Below are positions 29,000 to 43,595 of a stretch of 64,000 bases of DNA, piece by piece. Where the stretch lies: the NCBI GenBank assembly GCA_043228905.1, contig JBHGNT010000016.1, positions 5,704,001 to 5,768,000 of the forward strand, read 5' to 3'. The translations under genes and the position numbers were made by a program. The stretch is from Azolla caroliniana (lineage: Eukaryota; Plantae; Polypodiophyta). The first letter of the stretch is position 1. Each line of letters opens with the position of its first letter. The notes beneath the pieces are model-generated. The model made no database searches, was not told the DNA's origin, and worked only from the letters and a program-made list of their open reading frames with translations.

Positions 29000-31900
29000 A
29001 TGGCGAGCCTCTTCACTTCCCACATTCCCACGCCCCACCGCCGACGGACCTCCCTCTCTCCTCTGCTCCCTTCTCCTCCCTCCCTCAGAAGACCAGTAGA
29101 CGTAATTCGTGTCGGCCGCAGAGCATCACGCATCATCCCTCTGCAGCTCCTCAGAAATATCCGATCTTCTTCTGTTGTGAAAGAAGCTATTCCTTCGGAG
29201 AGCAAGGTCCCTGAATCCCTCACAGCCAGAAGCTCCTCAAGGTAATACCATCCCGATGATGACTATATGTATATGCATTCCTTCTTCCGGCTCATTATTG
29301 CTTTACAAAAGGAGAAGAGAATTTATAAGTAGCAATGGGCACGGTTTCGTCTCAAACCAAACCAAACCATTAAACCATGGCTTAACGGTTTATTGGTTCA
29401 AAGATAAATAAACCGTTTGGTTTGGTTTCGGTTCGGTTTTGAATTTCATGGTTTAGCAGTTTAGCGGATTATCGGTTTTGGTTCGGTTTGGTTTTGAATT
29501 TCACGCTTTAGCGGTTTCAGCTTATGTGGTTTGGTTTAAAGGTTTATAGGTTTGGTTTGGTTTTGATTTATGATAAACCGATTTGGTTTGGTTCTAAATT
29601 TTTCATAAACGGTTTGGTTTAAATGGCTTCATAAAATTTAAACAGTTTGGTTTGGTTTTTAATATAAATAAATGGTTTGGTTTGGTTTCAAGGCCAAGAA
29701 ACCGAACTGAACCAAAACCGAACCGTGCCCATTGCTATTTATAAGTTTGTTTGCAACATTTGTATAAATCTTTGTCATTGTCTTTAAGTAGGTCATGCCT
29801 GTGATTTTGTCTCGCCCGTGTGTGTGCATGTGTCTGTACATACATTTACTGATTTCCTCTAAATTCATGGTAAGTTCTCGTCACTTCTTTTTATTTAACT
29901 CTTGCTTGGGTTCACCTATGAAATCTGGTAGAAAACGCAATATTTTCTTCCAAAATTTCTATAACAAGGTTATTTGCATGCTTAGAACTGGAGTTGAGCT
30001 CTTTCTGTGGTATATGTGTGTGGGTGGTTGATATTGGAACTTGCGTTCTGGAAAGTTCTACAGAGGTATTAATGATTTCTCATAACTTAATATTATTTCA
30101 CGCTTTCTTGCTTTTGGCTCTGCTTCATGTGTGTATGTGTGTAAAAAGTATGCATCTGCTCAAAATTGTATGTGTGTATATGTCTTTGTTGAAAAAATTG
30201 TCTTGAACTTGCTGATCGGGTATATGTATTACATTACAAATTCCAGCATAAACATAACATTTTCTATTGAGTTCCTGTAAATTTGGCTTTTTTCCTTTTA
30301 ATTCCATAGTTTTTACGCATGAAAAGGATACAGTTTCGGTTCTTAGTAGTGAAGGACTGCCAAATATTTGGATCACAACTATTTTCGTTTTATTTTTTAT
30401 GCAGAGTCAAACGTTACACTCTTTCTGTTTATGTGGGTGATGAGAGTGGGATGATCAACCGCATTGCTGGGGTTTTTGCAAGAAGAGGTTATAATATCGA
30501 ATCATTAGCAGTTGGACTTAATAAAGATAAAGCTCTATTTACTATTGTGGTTTCGGGCACTGATCGTGTACTTCAACAAGTTATGCAACAGCTTTACAAG
30601 CTTGTGAATGTTATGCAGGTATTGCGTGCATTTAACTTTTCAATAATTGCAACACAGTCTATTTGGGAGTTAAAAGTGTGTTGAAAATTGAGCTGGAGCA
30701 TTACACATTTGTTTCAGATGGAAAATTTTCTGCTCGTTTAATTCCTAAACTTCCATTAAATTGCTGATTGGTGATGATTATGCACTCTTTGTAGCCGTTC
30801 ACATGAATATCAACAAATGTTCTCTATCAACAAATGGTCATTTATAGAAGACCCATTCTTTTACATAAACCTCATTGTGATGAACATCACAGAAAACTGT
30901 CTCACCCTCAAAACACCTCATTATTGCCAGAAGTGTACAGCCCTTATGCCCCATAAGTGCTGTACAAATCACCACCCACGCCACCTTCACCCTCACTCTT
31001 GCCAGGCCCATCCTGTTGCAGTTGTTGGAAATTATTTGAACAGAAACAGAGTATAAGCGTGGTGTTAAAAGGAGACGAGGATCTTGTTTGCAGGATGTAC
31101 CCTTGAATGAACGGTACTAAAATTAATGATAGTTAATGTAATTTTGGCATGTATAGTCATCAACATATGTCAACACATACATTAGTAACTAGAAATTACC
31201 AACTCAAACAAATGGTAGTTTAATCAACATATGTCAACCCTTGAGGAAATTCAGGTGATGTCAAATCACTCCCACGTTCTCAGCTGTTACGAGCTTTCAG
31301 CTCTTTCTCATGGACTCACAAGTGTCCTAATAATGATATCTGGTAGGAATAAGTGAATGGAAGTCTCCATGGTGTGTTTGGAAGGATGGCGATGCTTATA
31401 TTTCAAACTTACGTCCACTGAGCCATGTTATATTTGAGGATCTCCTCAGATGCCTGCATTGGTAAAAACTCATAAGTAAATATGTTGTATCTGTCTCATG
31501 ATGTATGATGTAACACACACAGGAAGGATGCTACAAAATGTCGGAAACAAATTTCAGGAAAGACAATATGAGAACTTATATGCCAAAAATAGATAGACAT
31601 TGGAACATCATTTTTATCCCGAAGTGTAGTTTTCCCATAAGCCTGGAAATCAGGATTTGAAGTTCAGAAAATCTCAGATCATATCAGTATACACCTACAT
31701 TTATCCTCATCTGTTGTTCGACCAATTCTATCTTGGTTGAACTGATCTGATATATGCTCCAATTTCCCTTTATTTTTCATGAGAAAATGTAGCAGATTTT
31801 TCCTTGAGTTTATAAGATCACTAGAGGTGTTGCCAATAATCGTGAACAGTGATAGGACTTGCTTGTGCTTGCATAGCTTGCTTGCAAAAGGCTGGCCTTG

Positions 31901-34900
31901 GGTATTGTTCACACATTTGAGTATTTATTTGAAAATTGTTTAAAAAGTGGGGTCTATTTTTTAAATTAACAGAAGGCTGATTATCTACAGATCGATTCTC
32001 ATTTTGGTCCAGAACTGCAGAATTATTGTTTTCTCCATTTACTGGTTCAGGAGACTTAAGTTTGACTTCAGTATGATCATCTTCTGCTCATAGAGTGATT
32101 CCTCTATATACAGTTTCCTAGTTTATGAATACTCAATCTTGTTTTGTGTTTCCAATCTTCTTGTTCTTTCAGTTTTCATTGTGACGTAATGTGATTGATT
32201 CTAGGGCATTTTGACAATATGTGATATGTCTTCAATTAGTCTGAAAGAAGAGTTCCAGATATTTTCATATTTTCAGCATATAATGGAGTGAATTTCAGGT
32301 TGAGGATTTGTCGAAAGAACAACGTGTTGAAAGAGAACTTATGCTAATCAAGTTGGGCGTGACAGCTGCAGAGAGAACTGAGGTCTCATCCCTTTTTCAT
32401 TAATTGGCCTGATATAACCTTGCTGCTCATTTTTTTATTTCTTGGAAATCTCACTGCATTTCAAAATGTAAGAACACATTTACTCTAGATAAAGTGTGTT
32501 CAAACTCTGATTTTGTTGTGCAGGTACTTGGGCTTATAGACATATTTCGTGGTCGAGTTGTTGATGTCTCAGAGGACACACTGACAATCGAGGTAGATCT
32601 TAAGCAATGAAGCTAGAATCTGAGTTTTTAGTAATTAAATTGTCACCCAAGATAATAGCCATGTTTGTGCTACAAGCTATAAGATCATATTGTGGTACAG
32701 TTAACAGGTGATCCAGGAAAGATTGCTGCCTTCCAGAGATCTGTGCACAAATTTGGCATCAAAGAAATTGCAAGGACAGGAAAGGTATCTGCTTGTAAAC
32801 TAAAACACCATTTATGGGTTTTCTGATAATTCAATTGAGTTCTAATAAACACTTTATTTCATTATATTTTGCACATATAGATTGCATTAAGAAGAGAAAC
32901 ATTGGGACATACTCTCCCATCAAGAAGAATGAATGGATATGACGAAGTTGATAGAGAACCACAAGAAAAGATGCCAACTGCTGGAGGATCTTCTCTATCC
33001 TTAAACGTTGACTTGCCATCCAAGGTAAGTTTTTTTTATATTTGTTTCTCCATATTGTATGAGATCTGCAATATCTAACATTTCTATAATGCTACATCTG
33101 ACATTTCCTACTTAATTGGTCAACTGGATTTGTTGGCATTCTGCATCATAGCAGGGAAATGATGGCAGCATCTACAATGTTGTTTAGAATAGACCATTAT
33201 ATTAATGTTAAAATTTCTGAAAATGATTTCCCAGGAGAATCTTTCCTTACATATAGTCAACAATCAATAATGGGCTAAGATACGCTGAAATGCAAGACAA
33301 TCAAATATTATAAATATAAGTTTACTATCCCTGCTCTGATATAGTTTGACACATCACCAGATGGATTTATCAAGCTTTCTTATATGGATACACTCTATCT
33401 CATGCATTGCCTAGTGTGATAGGGCAATTCAAGAACTTTTCACTTTAGTTAGAGATTGATATAGGTAGATATGCATGCAAATATATGGAAGAATAGATTT
33501 CATGATTGTGCCAATAAGAAATGGAATTTGAAGAACAATGTATTTGCATGCATTGTTCGGAGATGTGCCCTAGGGTGGATGTTGTAGTCCATATAGCCAG
33601 GTTCAATGGACAACATAAAAAGAGGAGAATATTGTGGGTCAAAAGACTATTGGTAAATTATTGGATGACTTGAGAAAACACCTCTTGAAGTCCCACACCT
33701 TATTTGAAGAGGCAGTGACATTTCCCTCTTATTCCATGAAAAACATTACAATGGCAAACATAGTGTTCCTCTGATTCCATGTCTTGTCAATACAATTGGC
33801 AGGTCTATTCTTCCACACATTAGCATGCATATCTGCCTATCTCAATATCAAATTGATATGAAGAGCTCTTGAGCTGCCCTTTGACACTAGATGTGTATAC
33901 GTAGGAAAGTGCTTGATGATAAATCCACCCAGTGATGAGTATAAAAAGAGGGTTTGATGATAAATCGAGCCAGTGATTAAGTACTTTGTATAAAGCTTTG
34001 GCTCACCGCCCAATGTAATGGAATATGAAGACCGATATTGGGATAGTTCTTGGTAGAACATGATACATAGAGTGAAGTTGTGAAGGACACTTGTACAACT
34101 TTCATTGGCTTCATTAATTATCATGTTACAAGTCAATCAAGGGCTATACACGTATGATCTTGACTACAACACTCGAAAGGGAGTGCAATGCATTGCACAA
34201 TAGTCATTGATTGTGCATGTAAGCCACATCCATGTAGACCATGTCCCGTCACCCTAGTCAATGTTGCCAGACATTGGAGGTGCTTTCCTTGCTTTGGAGA
34301 CCATGTTGGAGACTCCTTGAATGTAGAAGTTTCAACCATCTAAGCTTATAATGTCTAAATGTTTAGCTAGCTATATCTCAGACCTTGGTTTAAGTCCATA
34401 GAAGTCCATGTAATTCTTGGTTTGACGATGAATGTAAGGTGTATCTCAAATGGTTTATAAGTCCATAGAAGGGGAAAATGAAAAGATTGTTGCATGGCAC
34501 CTATATAAGAAAGTAGTGAGGAGAATGAAAAGAAGATATTTCCAAACGCAAGAGATAAAAAAGAAAAATTTGTTTAAGCTCAAACCAAAATTAGCATGGG
34601 GACAACTCAAGGGTAAGAAAGAAGATGTGAATGGTCACTTTACAAATAAAGAAATGTTAGACTATGTACAAATGCTATATATGCATGAAGATGTGGCTCC
34701 TATGGTTGAGAAAATTGAAACACCATGCACTACATGTATCGATATTGATGACATCAATAAGGGAATAAAGAAGATGGCGAGTGGGAAAGCACCAACCTAC
34801 GTCTCAAGTGAGCTTTTAAAATGGACAATGCCACATACTCGTCATTGGATAATGACAATTATAGAGCAAGCTATAAAACAAGGATTTCCAAATGATTGGC

Positions 34901-37900
34901 GTATGAATTGGATTAAACCAATATTTAAAGCCGGAGATAAGAATCAAGTATCAAATTATCGTACAATAATGGTGAGCTCAACTATTGCTAAATTATATAG
35001 CACTATTATGGAGCAAAAGATAAGCACATGGGCTGAAAGTACAAGCAAAAGAGGACTTAAGCAAGGTTTAGACCAAAACACTCCACTATGGATCATTTGG
35101 TCACATTGAGAGTAATCATGGAAGAGAGTCGACTACAAGGAAAAACACTTTATTGTTTTGTTGATTTCAAGAAAGCTTTTGATATCGTACCACGAAGTGA
35201 GATTTGGAATAGAATGGTAAAGATTGACATGCCATTCGAGTACTGAGTTGCTGTTGCACACCTATATGAACAAGTTAAATGCCAACTAAAAATGGATAGT
35301 GGATTCTCAAAGCACTTTTTAAGTAACATGGGAGTCAAGCAAGGATGTCCACTATCACCCACACTCTTTGGCTTATGTATTGATAAATTAGAATTAGTGG
35401 TGAATAAGGTTGCGAGAGAAGAAGGATTGAATGCCCCCAAATTGATGCAACATGTTATTTTATTGCTTCTATATGCACATGATGTGGTACTTTTCTCATA
35501 TGATGTATGCAACATTTACTTGGGGTATTAGAAGAATTTTGCCATAGTAGTGGACTAGCAGTGAATGTGGAGAAAATAAAATTGATGGTAGTGCAAACCA
35601 TCCAACCTCTTCATTACCCTATGCTCACATATACAATTTGTTTGAAGCTTTAAATATCTTGGTATTGATGAGCCGATTGGAAATCGTAATACCTTTTGGA
35701 GAACCAATGCAACCAAAGTGATACTTGTGAATGGGAAGTAAATCTACTGTTGTTCGATGCTATGGTAACTCAAGTATTGCTTTATGGAGTAGAAGTATAG
35801 GGTGACACCATCTCTCTTGATGCATGGAATGAGATTGAGAAAATTCAAAAGATGTTTTTAAAGAGGCAATTAGGAGTTAAATGCACTACCTCTTACCAGG
35901 TTATGATCTTGGAAACAGGTGTTCGACCATAGAAATATTGGCACTCCAAAGAGTATATAAATACATTACAAAAGTCAAGAATATGCCGAATCATCGATTA
36001 CCACATCTTGCTTGGAATGTTGGATGTAAACTACAAAAGAATCATAAGAGTAAGATTCTCTCATCCGGTTGGGTTGTTGACATAAGGAAATGGTTTAGAA
36101 GATGGGGTGTGGATGATCTTTTAGAGCTTTCAGGCGCTACTATGCATTATGTAATGATCGAGGAAAGGTTGTTGGAATCATTAAGGATGAAGTGGGAAGA
36201 TGCTAAGAGGACAAAGCTAGAATACTACATTGCAAATGTCAACCCTGAATGTTGGTCTCAATATAAAGCAAGAATGCTTATTGATCGTATCCAAACTTCT
36301 CATTACCAATATGAGTAGTAATGCTCGTAGAGCCCTTACACTACTTCGCACTCAATCTCATAAGTTAGGTATTTAAGTTGCATCATGGTATCAAAATGTA
36401 ACAAATTTGAAGACGTGTATGCAATGAAGGCATGGTAAAGGATAAATGTCACTTGCTCTTCACATGCTTGACATATAGTGCTTGACATTCATTACCAATA
36501 TGAGTAGTAATGCTCGTAGAGCCCTTACACTACTTCGCACTCGATCTCACAAGTTAGGTATTGAAGTTGCATCATGGTATCAAAATTTAACGAATTTGAA
36601 GACATGTAAAGTATGCAATGAAGGCATGGTAGAGGATGAATGTCACTTGCTCTTCACATGCTCAACATATAGTGCAATGTGTCAAGATATGCTAACATAC
36701 TAAGAGGGAATGATAACTTAAGTGTCATACTTAAGGCACCACCTAGAAGGTTGAGCTCATATGTGTACGCTTTATTTACACATAGAGACTTTGTGCTTCA
36801 ATGTATGAATACCCCTTCTTAGGAAGGAGACACATATCAAGAACACATGTATACTCTAGTCCCATAGGTCAAAATTGGCCTCTTTATATATGATAAAATT
36901 CTAATTCTAATTCTAATGCCATTTTTGTTGATGCTAATATATTGTTATTTATTTATTTATTTTGCTTTGGAACCTGAGTAGTGATTTTGGCAACTCAAGA
37001 TCATACAAACAAGCAAGATGAACCTTCCAACTCTTTGTAAGGAAGAAGAAGAGATTGTATTTGGCTAAATTTGAAGATAATTTGTATTGCTTGTTTCTAG
37101 GACAAGAAAGTAAAAGAGCATGGAAAATGTTTAATGAGAGGCAACCTACCACACAAGTGACCTCACCTCAGGTGTGGCATGAATATGCAAACGTCCTATA
37201 TGATATCCTAGGGCAACCTCCTCTTTCCCACCCACATGGCTCACACCCACATGAATCCATCTTTTTTATTCCATAAAATATAAGAAATGCCATTAGTCGG
37301 TTACAATTTAGGAAGCCCCAGGATCATGATGGATTGGCTGGTGAGCACTTTATCTATGCCTGTGACATCTTGCGCCCATTGCTAGCACACTTCTTTAGCA
37401 TCTGTGAAGGTTTCCTATTAGATGGAGTCAGCATACCATTGTGCCAATCCTCAAAAGTGGATATGGCTAAAGTATATGGCTTGATTTGGCAATCAGAATT
37501 GAGTATATGGGTAGAGTGGAATGGCTGCTGTTCAGCTGGACAGGCAGGATTTCGTAAGGGGTTCACAACGTTGGATCACATATTGACCCTTGGAGTCCTT
37601 ATCGAGGAGGGCAAAGCCCATAATAAGAGGATTTATTGTTGCTTTGTGGATTTCTGAAAAGCCTTTGACACCGTGCCAAGTGCTCGGCTTATGCAACGTC
37701 TAGAAGCCCGTGGTGTTCCTACAAATATGCAATGGGGAATCTATGCACTCTATGGATCCGTGTCAGGAAAAGTGCGGCCTTCCAAGGTTTGTTAGAGGCG
37801 GTGGCTAGCACAATCGGAGTGAAGCAAGGATGCTCACTATTGTCCACTCTCTTTGGTCTCTATATAGATGAGGTATCACATTACATAGAGACATTCAAGG

Positions 37901-40900
37901 GTTTGGAAGCATGTCTGGTAGGTATAGCTATACAAATATTACTATATGCTGATGATATTGTGGTGATTTCCGACTCTCCGGAGGGACGACAAAGACATCT
38001 AAAGGCCTTAAAACTATTTTGTACGGACAAAGGTTTGTCGATAAACATGGATAAAACTAAAGTGATGGTGTTTAACACCACTCAAGCATGGTAACAAGAT
38101 CAGAACCAGAATTCTTCTTGGGAGAGGAAAAGGTGGAATACATACACTCCTACACATACCTAGGAGTAACATTTACGCGGCTTAGGTTTTCCTTACGGGA
38201 GGCTTCTTGTGCCCAACTTTCTCGTGGACATGCAGTCCTTGGTGCCTCGAAAGACAGTGTGCACATTTGCAGTTCCAAGAGCCATGAACTAAGCTGTGGC
38301 TAGTTGATACACTTGTCGCACCAACTCTTCTCTATGGAGTAGAAATGTAGAGACTGAGTCTTAACAACACAATTCATTGGTAAGATTTAGAGAAACCTTT
38401 AGTGTCTATGATTGCGCGCATGTTAAGGAGTAAACCATCGGTGCTCCAGGATATACTCCGGGTAGAGATGGGAGCAACCCATATAATCATTGAGGCATTT
38501 TTCGTTTTGGTGACCTGTGTCCAACATCTTTGGGAGCTCCTTAAACAAAGGTACCCAAGGTCGGCACTTATGTCATCAAGACAACTAGCTGAAAATGGAG
38601 ACATTCATGTTATAGCTAGGACTGCCGCCATCTAGGACATGACCAAAGTGGAAAAGGATAGAGTGATCCAAACTGATATTTTTAACTTGGAAAACAAGGT
38701 AACATGGATCAGCCACAAAATATCACTTGGTATGAAGATGGCCCACTACAAGACACACTTTTTACACACATCGGAGGATGGATTCATCATCAGGCCACCT
38801 TATATGGACATACGTCTATCTTATGCGCTGTTCAGTGCGATAGGGCAGTTGCGAACTTCATCACATCAGATAGAGTTTGAGGTAGGCAAATATACATGAA
38901 TACCTCTAGAAGAAAGAAGTTGCCAATTGTGTAATCACTTGTATAGTCTCGTATGCCATTTTGGCCTCTTAAAAGACGTTAATATATCTTTCTTTCTTAT
39001 CATCACTCGGCCTCCAATAGACATTAGTATGTGTTTCTTTCTCTCTATGGGGCACGTCAAATGTATTAAACAGGAATATTGATGTAAAACAGCTCTGATT
39101 GCTATCATGTAGACTTTGTACTGTATATTTATCATATTTCCAAACATGTGTAGAGACATTAGGAGTAGGAAGAGGCAGCCTTGAAGGTGTTGTTGAAACC
39201 ATTTTTATTTATGTTGATGATAACCTACAAGTCCATTGAAAAGTTTTAGTCTTCAGAAAATGATCTCAAAGTGAGCCTTGGGAAACCAAGGTAGTATTGT
39301 TCAACACCACAAAGTATGGGAGCAAGTAGAGTATGGATCTCGAACTGAGCCTTGTGAAACAAGCACAGGAGCAAGTAAGGTGGTTTTAGGTGTTCAACAG
39401 GAAACAATTTTCCATGTGAGAGGCAGCTGACACACAATAACCACATGGCATTATAGCCTTCCTATCTCTAGAAAGACAAAGTGCTGATGTACGATTCCTA
39501 GAACTGAGGAGAAAGTTATGGCTCTTTAATGCACTTGTTACCCAGCACTCACCTATGGGACTTAAGACTGGGGTCCTAACAAGAAGAGACCTTTAGCTGG
39601 ATGGGATTGGTCAGAGGGAGACTTATATGATGGGTGACAGCCCGTAGAAAGACCTTTGATTGAGATGAAAGTGCATGTGACGAGGTGCAAGCCATCAACA
39701 CCTCATGAGATTATCAGAGAAACCTTTGCCTAAAAGGCACAGAAAACCTCTTCCAAGCAGCAATGTTCTTAGCTCTGTGACACGACCAGCCATTTATGGA
39801 GACCCCGATGTTGGTATGCACAAAGGAATATTCAGCCCCAAATCCATGGCATTGTAATTGTCGACCTCCCCGTTCTCCATAGTATTCTTGATGGCCCTTT
39901 TTTTGGATTTCAACCGTATAGAATGCTGAATCAAATTGAGCATTGTGAAGCTAGAAAATGCAGAGAGCTTAAGATACTCACCTCTTGCATGCCATACAAT
40001 GTATGATTGGATAGATCTGTGCCTCCTCATATTGATTGTGGATGGAGACAGGAAGATATGACAGTATGGACCCAAAAGACTGTCTGATAGTTATCCTCTC
40101 TAGAGGCAGAGACAGGAATATCGCACATATTACTTTCCTGTATTCTAAGATATCAGTGGTAGTTACATCTGCTATTTTGGGGAATGTTTTGGACCATTAC
40201 AAAGCTGTATGAACCAGAACCAAAGTTTCATGCTTGGGGACCTTCTTGTTAGAACTTTGATGCCATCATGATAAAGTCATGAGTAAAAATAAATTACATC
40301 GTCTAGTGAAGAGGATGTGAAGGACCATCTTAAACTTGTTTTCGGTTGCAGCTCTGCCCCTCAGACCTCAACAAATATCAAGATATGTTGCAGAGATCTT
40401 CAGAAAAGCTTTAGAAATTTTTATCTAAGAAATATCAGGATATCCTCAAGCTCATTATTTTAGAAGGATCTTACCAATCACTATTTGTCCCAAAAGGTAT
40501 AACACCCTTCATTCCAGCACAACCAATGAAGGACATCTGACGACAAACTGCAGTTTGAAGCTTCAAATGTGTCTATAAGTGGTTTATTATTTACCTTGTT
40601 ATGATAACATGCATCAATTTTAAGCATTTGTGAAAAGTGTGTTGGCCTCATAGGTCATTTTGGTCTTGCCTTCGTAAACGTGAATACAACTCTTCTCTTT
40701 GTATATTCTGTTTCCTCCATCGTAGAGAAAGCGCTATAGCTTTCGGGGGAATAACCGCAATGAAGCCCCATTTGTTTTTTTCATAAAGATATACTAACTG
40801 GGTTTCCCGGCTTGAGTGGAATTCCTTCCCATCTGGCCTTAGCAGGACATTTCATCCCTGAAAAAGTATATAATTTTAAACTTGTGAATTCTGAATTATT

Positions 40901-42657
40901 TTCTAATTCATCGCGTGCTTTAATCAGGGTGATGTCTATCCAGTTGAGCCTAATGAAGATGAAGTATGGCGTTATCCTGTTCTTGATCCGGATTGGGGGC
41001 AGGTGGAGGGTGAGGAGGTATAATTTAAATTCTGCTAGATTGCTTTATTATGTTGGCTTTGGAGCATATTTCTGGGGAATCTCTGAAGATATATATGGGC
41101 ATTCCATCTTTATTGAGAGAAGCTGCAATATTATGAAATTTTTGTTACTCTCAGATCAAAAGAACATGATTCTAAGTAGATAATTGGATTAGTTTGAGTC
41201 AACCAAACATTCAATTGTAATTAAGGGAGTTTTGTACAGTGTGGTATATTTTACCTTTATAACGAGTTTATCATGCTCTTATTAGTTATTTCTGTATGGG
41301 AATTCATTTGAGCGTTTGTCAAAAGCATTGGCACATTATGTCTCTGCTAAACCCTTTGTAAATCAACAAACTTTGTAAACTTATTCCTGTATTTTCCGTT
41401 GCAGCCTGGTGAATTTTGTTCGCACACACTCTCGATGTTGGTGAATGATGCACCAGGGGTGTTGAACAGAGTGACCGGTGTCTTTGCAAGACGAGGCTAC
41501 AATATTCAGGTATAATTTGTCATTTATAAAACAGTGCTTTTTGTATATCTGCAATCAGAAAAGCTACTTTGTCTGTTGTGAGTGATTATCATCAAATGGT
41601 TGATTGGATTATTCACAATGTGCCCTAACCAGATATTAAACATGAATATTTACTCCTGAACCAGCAGACTGTACAACTGTAGTTGTAGAAATTATATTAG
41701 CTTGATGATTTGGAATTTGTAGTAATGTATACGTGTTCAAACTACTTCATTTGTACTGGGGAAGTAATGATACTGAACTGTAGCCTCCATTTTCTTATTT
41801 TATAGAGCCTTGCAGTGGGTCCAGCAGAGGAGCCTGGAGTGTCACGCATTACTACTGTTGTGCCTGGAACAGAAGATTCTATAAACAAACTGCTGACTCA
41901 GATTTTGAAAGTAATAGATGTGTTAAAGGTAATATTATTTACATAGGAAAAAAAGCAAACTGAGTTGAATCTTGCCAATAGGAATATTGATGGTGGACTG
42001 ACTGCCTAGGTTCAAGATTTGACTTACAAACCTTTTGCCGAGAGAGAGTTGGTGCTGATGAAAATTGCAGCTGATTCAAGTGTCAGAAGGGATGTCCTTG
42101 ACATTGCGACAATCTTCCGTGCAAAACCTGTTGATGTTACTCGTCATTCAATCACACTGGAGGCATGCATCTAGTTTAACTAGCCTAAAAATTCTCCTTT
42201 ATACATAAGAGTTTCTAAAACTTGTTCTTTTAGCTTACGATTGGGCAAGAAGTATATTGACCATAGTTTGAATCTTCATTCTCTCTTACTAAGTCTGCTT
42301 TCTGCCAGTTAACGGGTGACCTGGAAAAGACAGCAGCCTTGCAACGCCTGATGAATGAATATGGAATTGTTGAGGTAAGCTTATGATAGCCTTATGCCAA
42401 CTAAAGATGAGTAATTTTAGCAAACCCCCCACCCTCCCAAAACAAAAACCTGTGTACATCGTACTTATTGACTGTTAAATGAACACATCTTATTGTGTTA
42501 AAAACGAGGTTGTAAATGATGAATTACCTGAGCTTTATTGTGGATGTGTGTTTTTATGTTATAGGTTGCAAGAACTGGACGAGTGGCTCTTGTGAGGGAA
42601 TCTGGTGTCAATACTAAGTACTTAGGAGAGTTGGAGCCAGCAAACAAGTTCATATAG
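29000..42657 (+). CDS. AHASS: Acetolactate synthase (AHAS) regulatory small subunit, chloroplast precursor, 12 exons, about 488 aa
   Basis: Exons 29000-29241, 30405-30618, 32299-32382, 32524-32592, 32701-32784, 32881-33024, 40928-41017, 41405-41509, 41806-41928, 42010-42162, 42309-42374 and 42565-42657. Ser/Arg/Pro-rich transit peptide. Two IlvH-like ACT units ([25 protein letters not shown] and [25 protein letters not shown]), plus ERELMLIK and EIARTGKIALRRE. Confidence 0.96.
29330..29737. mobile_element. hAT MITE in AHASS intron 1
   Basis: TIRs TAGCAATGGGCACGG / CCGTGCCCATTGCTA; perfect 8-bp TSD TTTATAAG at 29322-29329 and 29738-29745; many AAACC/GGTTT subterminal repeats. Confidence 0.93.
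34400..36916 (+). mobile_element. Decayed RTE-X-like LINE in AHASS intron 6
   Basis: RT motifs [40 protein letters not shown] and LLYAHDVV. C-terminal [11 protein letters not shown]...[14 protein letters not shown], with a 189-bp tandem duplication at 36300-36680. (AATTCT)n tail. 5' boundary approximate. Confidence 0.9.
36965..38997 (+). mobile_element. Second decayed RTE-X-like LINE in AHASS intron 6
   Basis: [49 protein letters not shown] and [17 protein letters not shown]. The 3' end TGGCCTCTTAAAAGACGTTAATATATCTTTCTTTC is the same family end as at 51620. Confidence 0.9.
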
Positions 42658-43333
42658 AAGCATATTTCAAAGAAATTAGCATGGAAATTATTCTTCCATA
42701 GAAAGGTGTGGATGATTGAAAAGTTCACTTAATGTGGACTTGAGATGACTTCCGCGAGAGAATAGTTTTATTCCAAGTCTTCATACATCCAATTAGAATT
42801 TTCTCTCCTTCATTTGACTTGGATGTCTTAAAGACTCCTAGTTGTAATTGCATAGGAGAAGATTATGAATACATATAGCTAATGCAGAGTTGGAATGCAT
42901 TTCATTTCAAAACATTTTTGTTCTTAGTCTTGATGCATTTGATCATGAATGTTCCCTTTCCTTTTCACTTGATGTCTTTCTCTAAGCACAGTTGACTGGT
43001 TCTCAGATGAAATCCATTTGGTTCATGAGAGTTTTCAACTTTCATACTTCTAAAATGATGTGACAAATATATATCTGTTGAAATTGTTGCTAGGATCAAA
43101 CCAGTTACAATTTTATCTGTTTTTTTATTTGTTGCATTTCAAATTTGAAGAGGCTTTATGGTGTAAATTTTTAAAGTGCAAATCAATTTAATGGTGGGCT
43201 CCTGGATTTCTCAATATAATTGAGTAACCAGAAGATGTTACACCATGCACAAATGCATACGAATATGTATGCAACAATTATGCCTACATATGCAAATACG
43301 TATTTGTAGTTATATTTTTCTAATGTATACATG

Positions 43334-43595
43334 TATGGGGGATATTTCCTTATAGGTGACATCCTTATACCTATACACACAATCTATGCACATACATGCA
43401 TACATTTACAACAATTGCATACCTATATAGATACGTCAAAGGCCTAGTAAATACATGAATAGACAATAAAGTAATTTCTGAAGTGTTCCTAGGTTTATCA
43501 TTACTTGTCAAAATTCCCCCAAGTTAAAGGAAATCTATGTGGGCCTATCACAACACTATATGGGGGATATTTCCTTATAGGTGACATCCTTATAC
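43334..43595. repeat. Direct repeat of about 37 bp within a TACA-rich low-complexity region upstream of RRP42
   Basis: TATGGGGGATATTTCCTTATAGGTGACATCCTTATAC at about 43334 and about 43559; (TACA)n-like sequence continues to about 43945. Confidence 0.75.
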
